From Halomicrobium mukohataei DSM 12286 (GTDB lineage: Archaea > Halobacteriota > Halobacteria > Halobacteriales > Haloarculaceae), in assembly GCF_000023965.1 (NCBI RefSeq), contig NC_013202.1, positions 510,001-542,000 on the forward strand: a stretch of 32,000 bases of DNA, given 5' to 3'. This document shows, one piece after another, positions 31,601 through 32,000 of this stretch. The notes under the pieces were generated by a model. The model was given only the letters and a program-made list of their open reading frames with translations. It was not told the DNA's origin and ran no database searches. Numbering within the stretch: position 1 is the first letter of the stretch; each line of letters opens with the position of its first letter. The position numbers and the translations under genes are program-made.

Positions 31601-32000
31601 TCACGTCGGGTCGGCGACGCGCTCCTCGCCGTCGAAGTGCGCCGAGTTGTCCTGGGGTTCGTAGCCCAGAACCTCCTTCGCGCGCTCGATGGAGTAGTAC
31701 TTGCGATCGTTGTCGGAGATGCCGTAGACGATCTCGAAGTCGTAGTCGGCGAGGAGGGCTCGCTCGTGGATATGAGCGCAGTCGCGGTAGGAGAGCCACA
31801 TCGCCTGGCCGCGCTCGTAGTCGATCGGCGGATGGCCCTTCGTGAGGTTGCCGATGCGGACGTTGCACACGTCGATCCCGTACTCGTCGTGGTAGTACCG
31901 GCCGATGATCTCTCCGGTGGCCTTCGAGACGCCGTAGAGGTTCCCCGGGCGGGGGAACTCGGAGCCGTCGAGTCGGAAGTCGTCGTGGGTGCGGTACAGG
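31601..32000 (-). CDS. NAD-dependent epimerase/dehydratase family protein (C-terminal part; the 5' end is outside the window)
   Basis: The frame is open to the window edge and reads ...PGNLYGVSKATGEIIGRYYHDEYGIDVCNVRIGN... (the SDR YxxxK motif), ending ...NSAHFDGEERVADPT*. Confidence 0.85.
   Translation of the reverse strand, partial: LYRTHDDFRLDGSEFPRPGNLYGVSKATGEIIGRYYHDEYGIDVCNVRIGNLTKGHPPIDYERGQAMWLSYRDCAHIHERALLADYDFEIVYGISDNDRKYYSIERAKEVLGYEPQDNSAHFDGEERVADPT

Noticed and set aside
31189-31745. The regularly spaced repeats could be a CRISPR array.
   Set aside because: The units are 206 bp and directly contiguous, with no unique spacers, and they are clearly copies of the adjacent gene's 3' end.

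Overview
By eye this is a GC-rich haloarchaeal (class Halobacteria) chromosomal segment. Supporting signs are very acidic proteins, many twin-arginine signal peptides, TATA-like boxes about 27 nt upstream of start codons (leaderless style), and the rpa2 - histone - hdaI - cca neighbourhood known from Haloferax. From left to right the window holds: an Opp/Dpp-type peptide ABC importer operon (minus strand); a Tat-exported DyP-type peroxidase plus a Tat lipoprotein; tRNA-Lys; a NOG1-type GTPase; hisE; pdxT; a PrsW-type protease; riboflavin synthase; a sharply AT-rich island of about 1.4 kb (about 15.1-16.5 kb) with two short genes, one being a Tat-signal protein broken by a 1-nt shift in an A6 run; a UvrD-like helicase; two small zinc-finger proteins and wHTH/PadR regulators; tRNA-Met(CAT) and tRNA-Asn; the CCA-adding enzyme; the HdaI/histone/RPA cluster; tRNA-Arg; a PhyH-family dioxygenase; a DUF309 protein; a complete IS200/IS605-type element (tnpA diverging from a DUF2080-like small ORF plus tnpB); and a truncated epimerase gene. 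Five observations are not explained by the gene list. (1) At four separate loci the 3' end of a minus-strand gene (tRNA-Lys, tRNA-Asn, hisE, epimerase) is duplicated 110-206 bp downstream, each time with the same kind of hairpin (variable stem, conserved TCGC-NNN-GCTC core) in the intervening DNA. (2) An ~80-nt element bounded by inverted repeats occurs in two full and one partial copy, with base changes that preserve an inner stem. (3) A 51-nt in-frame double-hairpin insertion splits the conserved PKYR motif of tnpA. (4) A 57-nt in-frame double-hairpin insertion sits in the duplicated epimerase tails. (5) Three short CDS fall below the 60-aa ORF-track threshold; one further short CDS is hidden inside a longer spurious ORF and another is N-terminally extended in the track. 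No rRNA genes or CRISPR arrays were seen. All family calls come from reading motifs, not from database searches.
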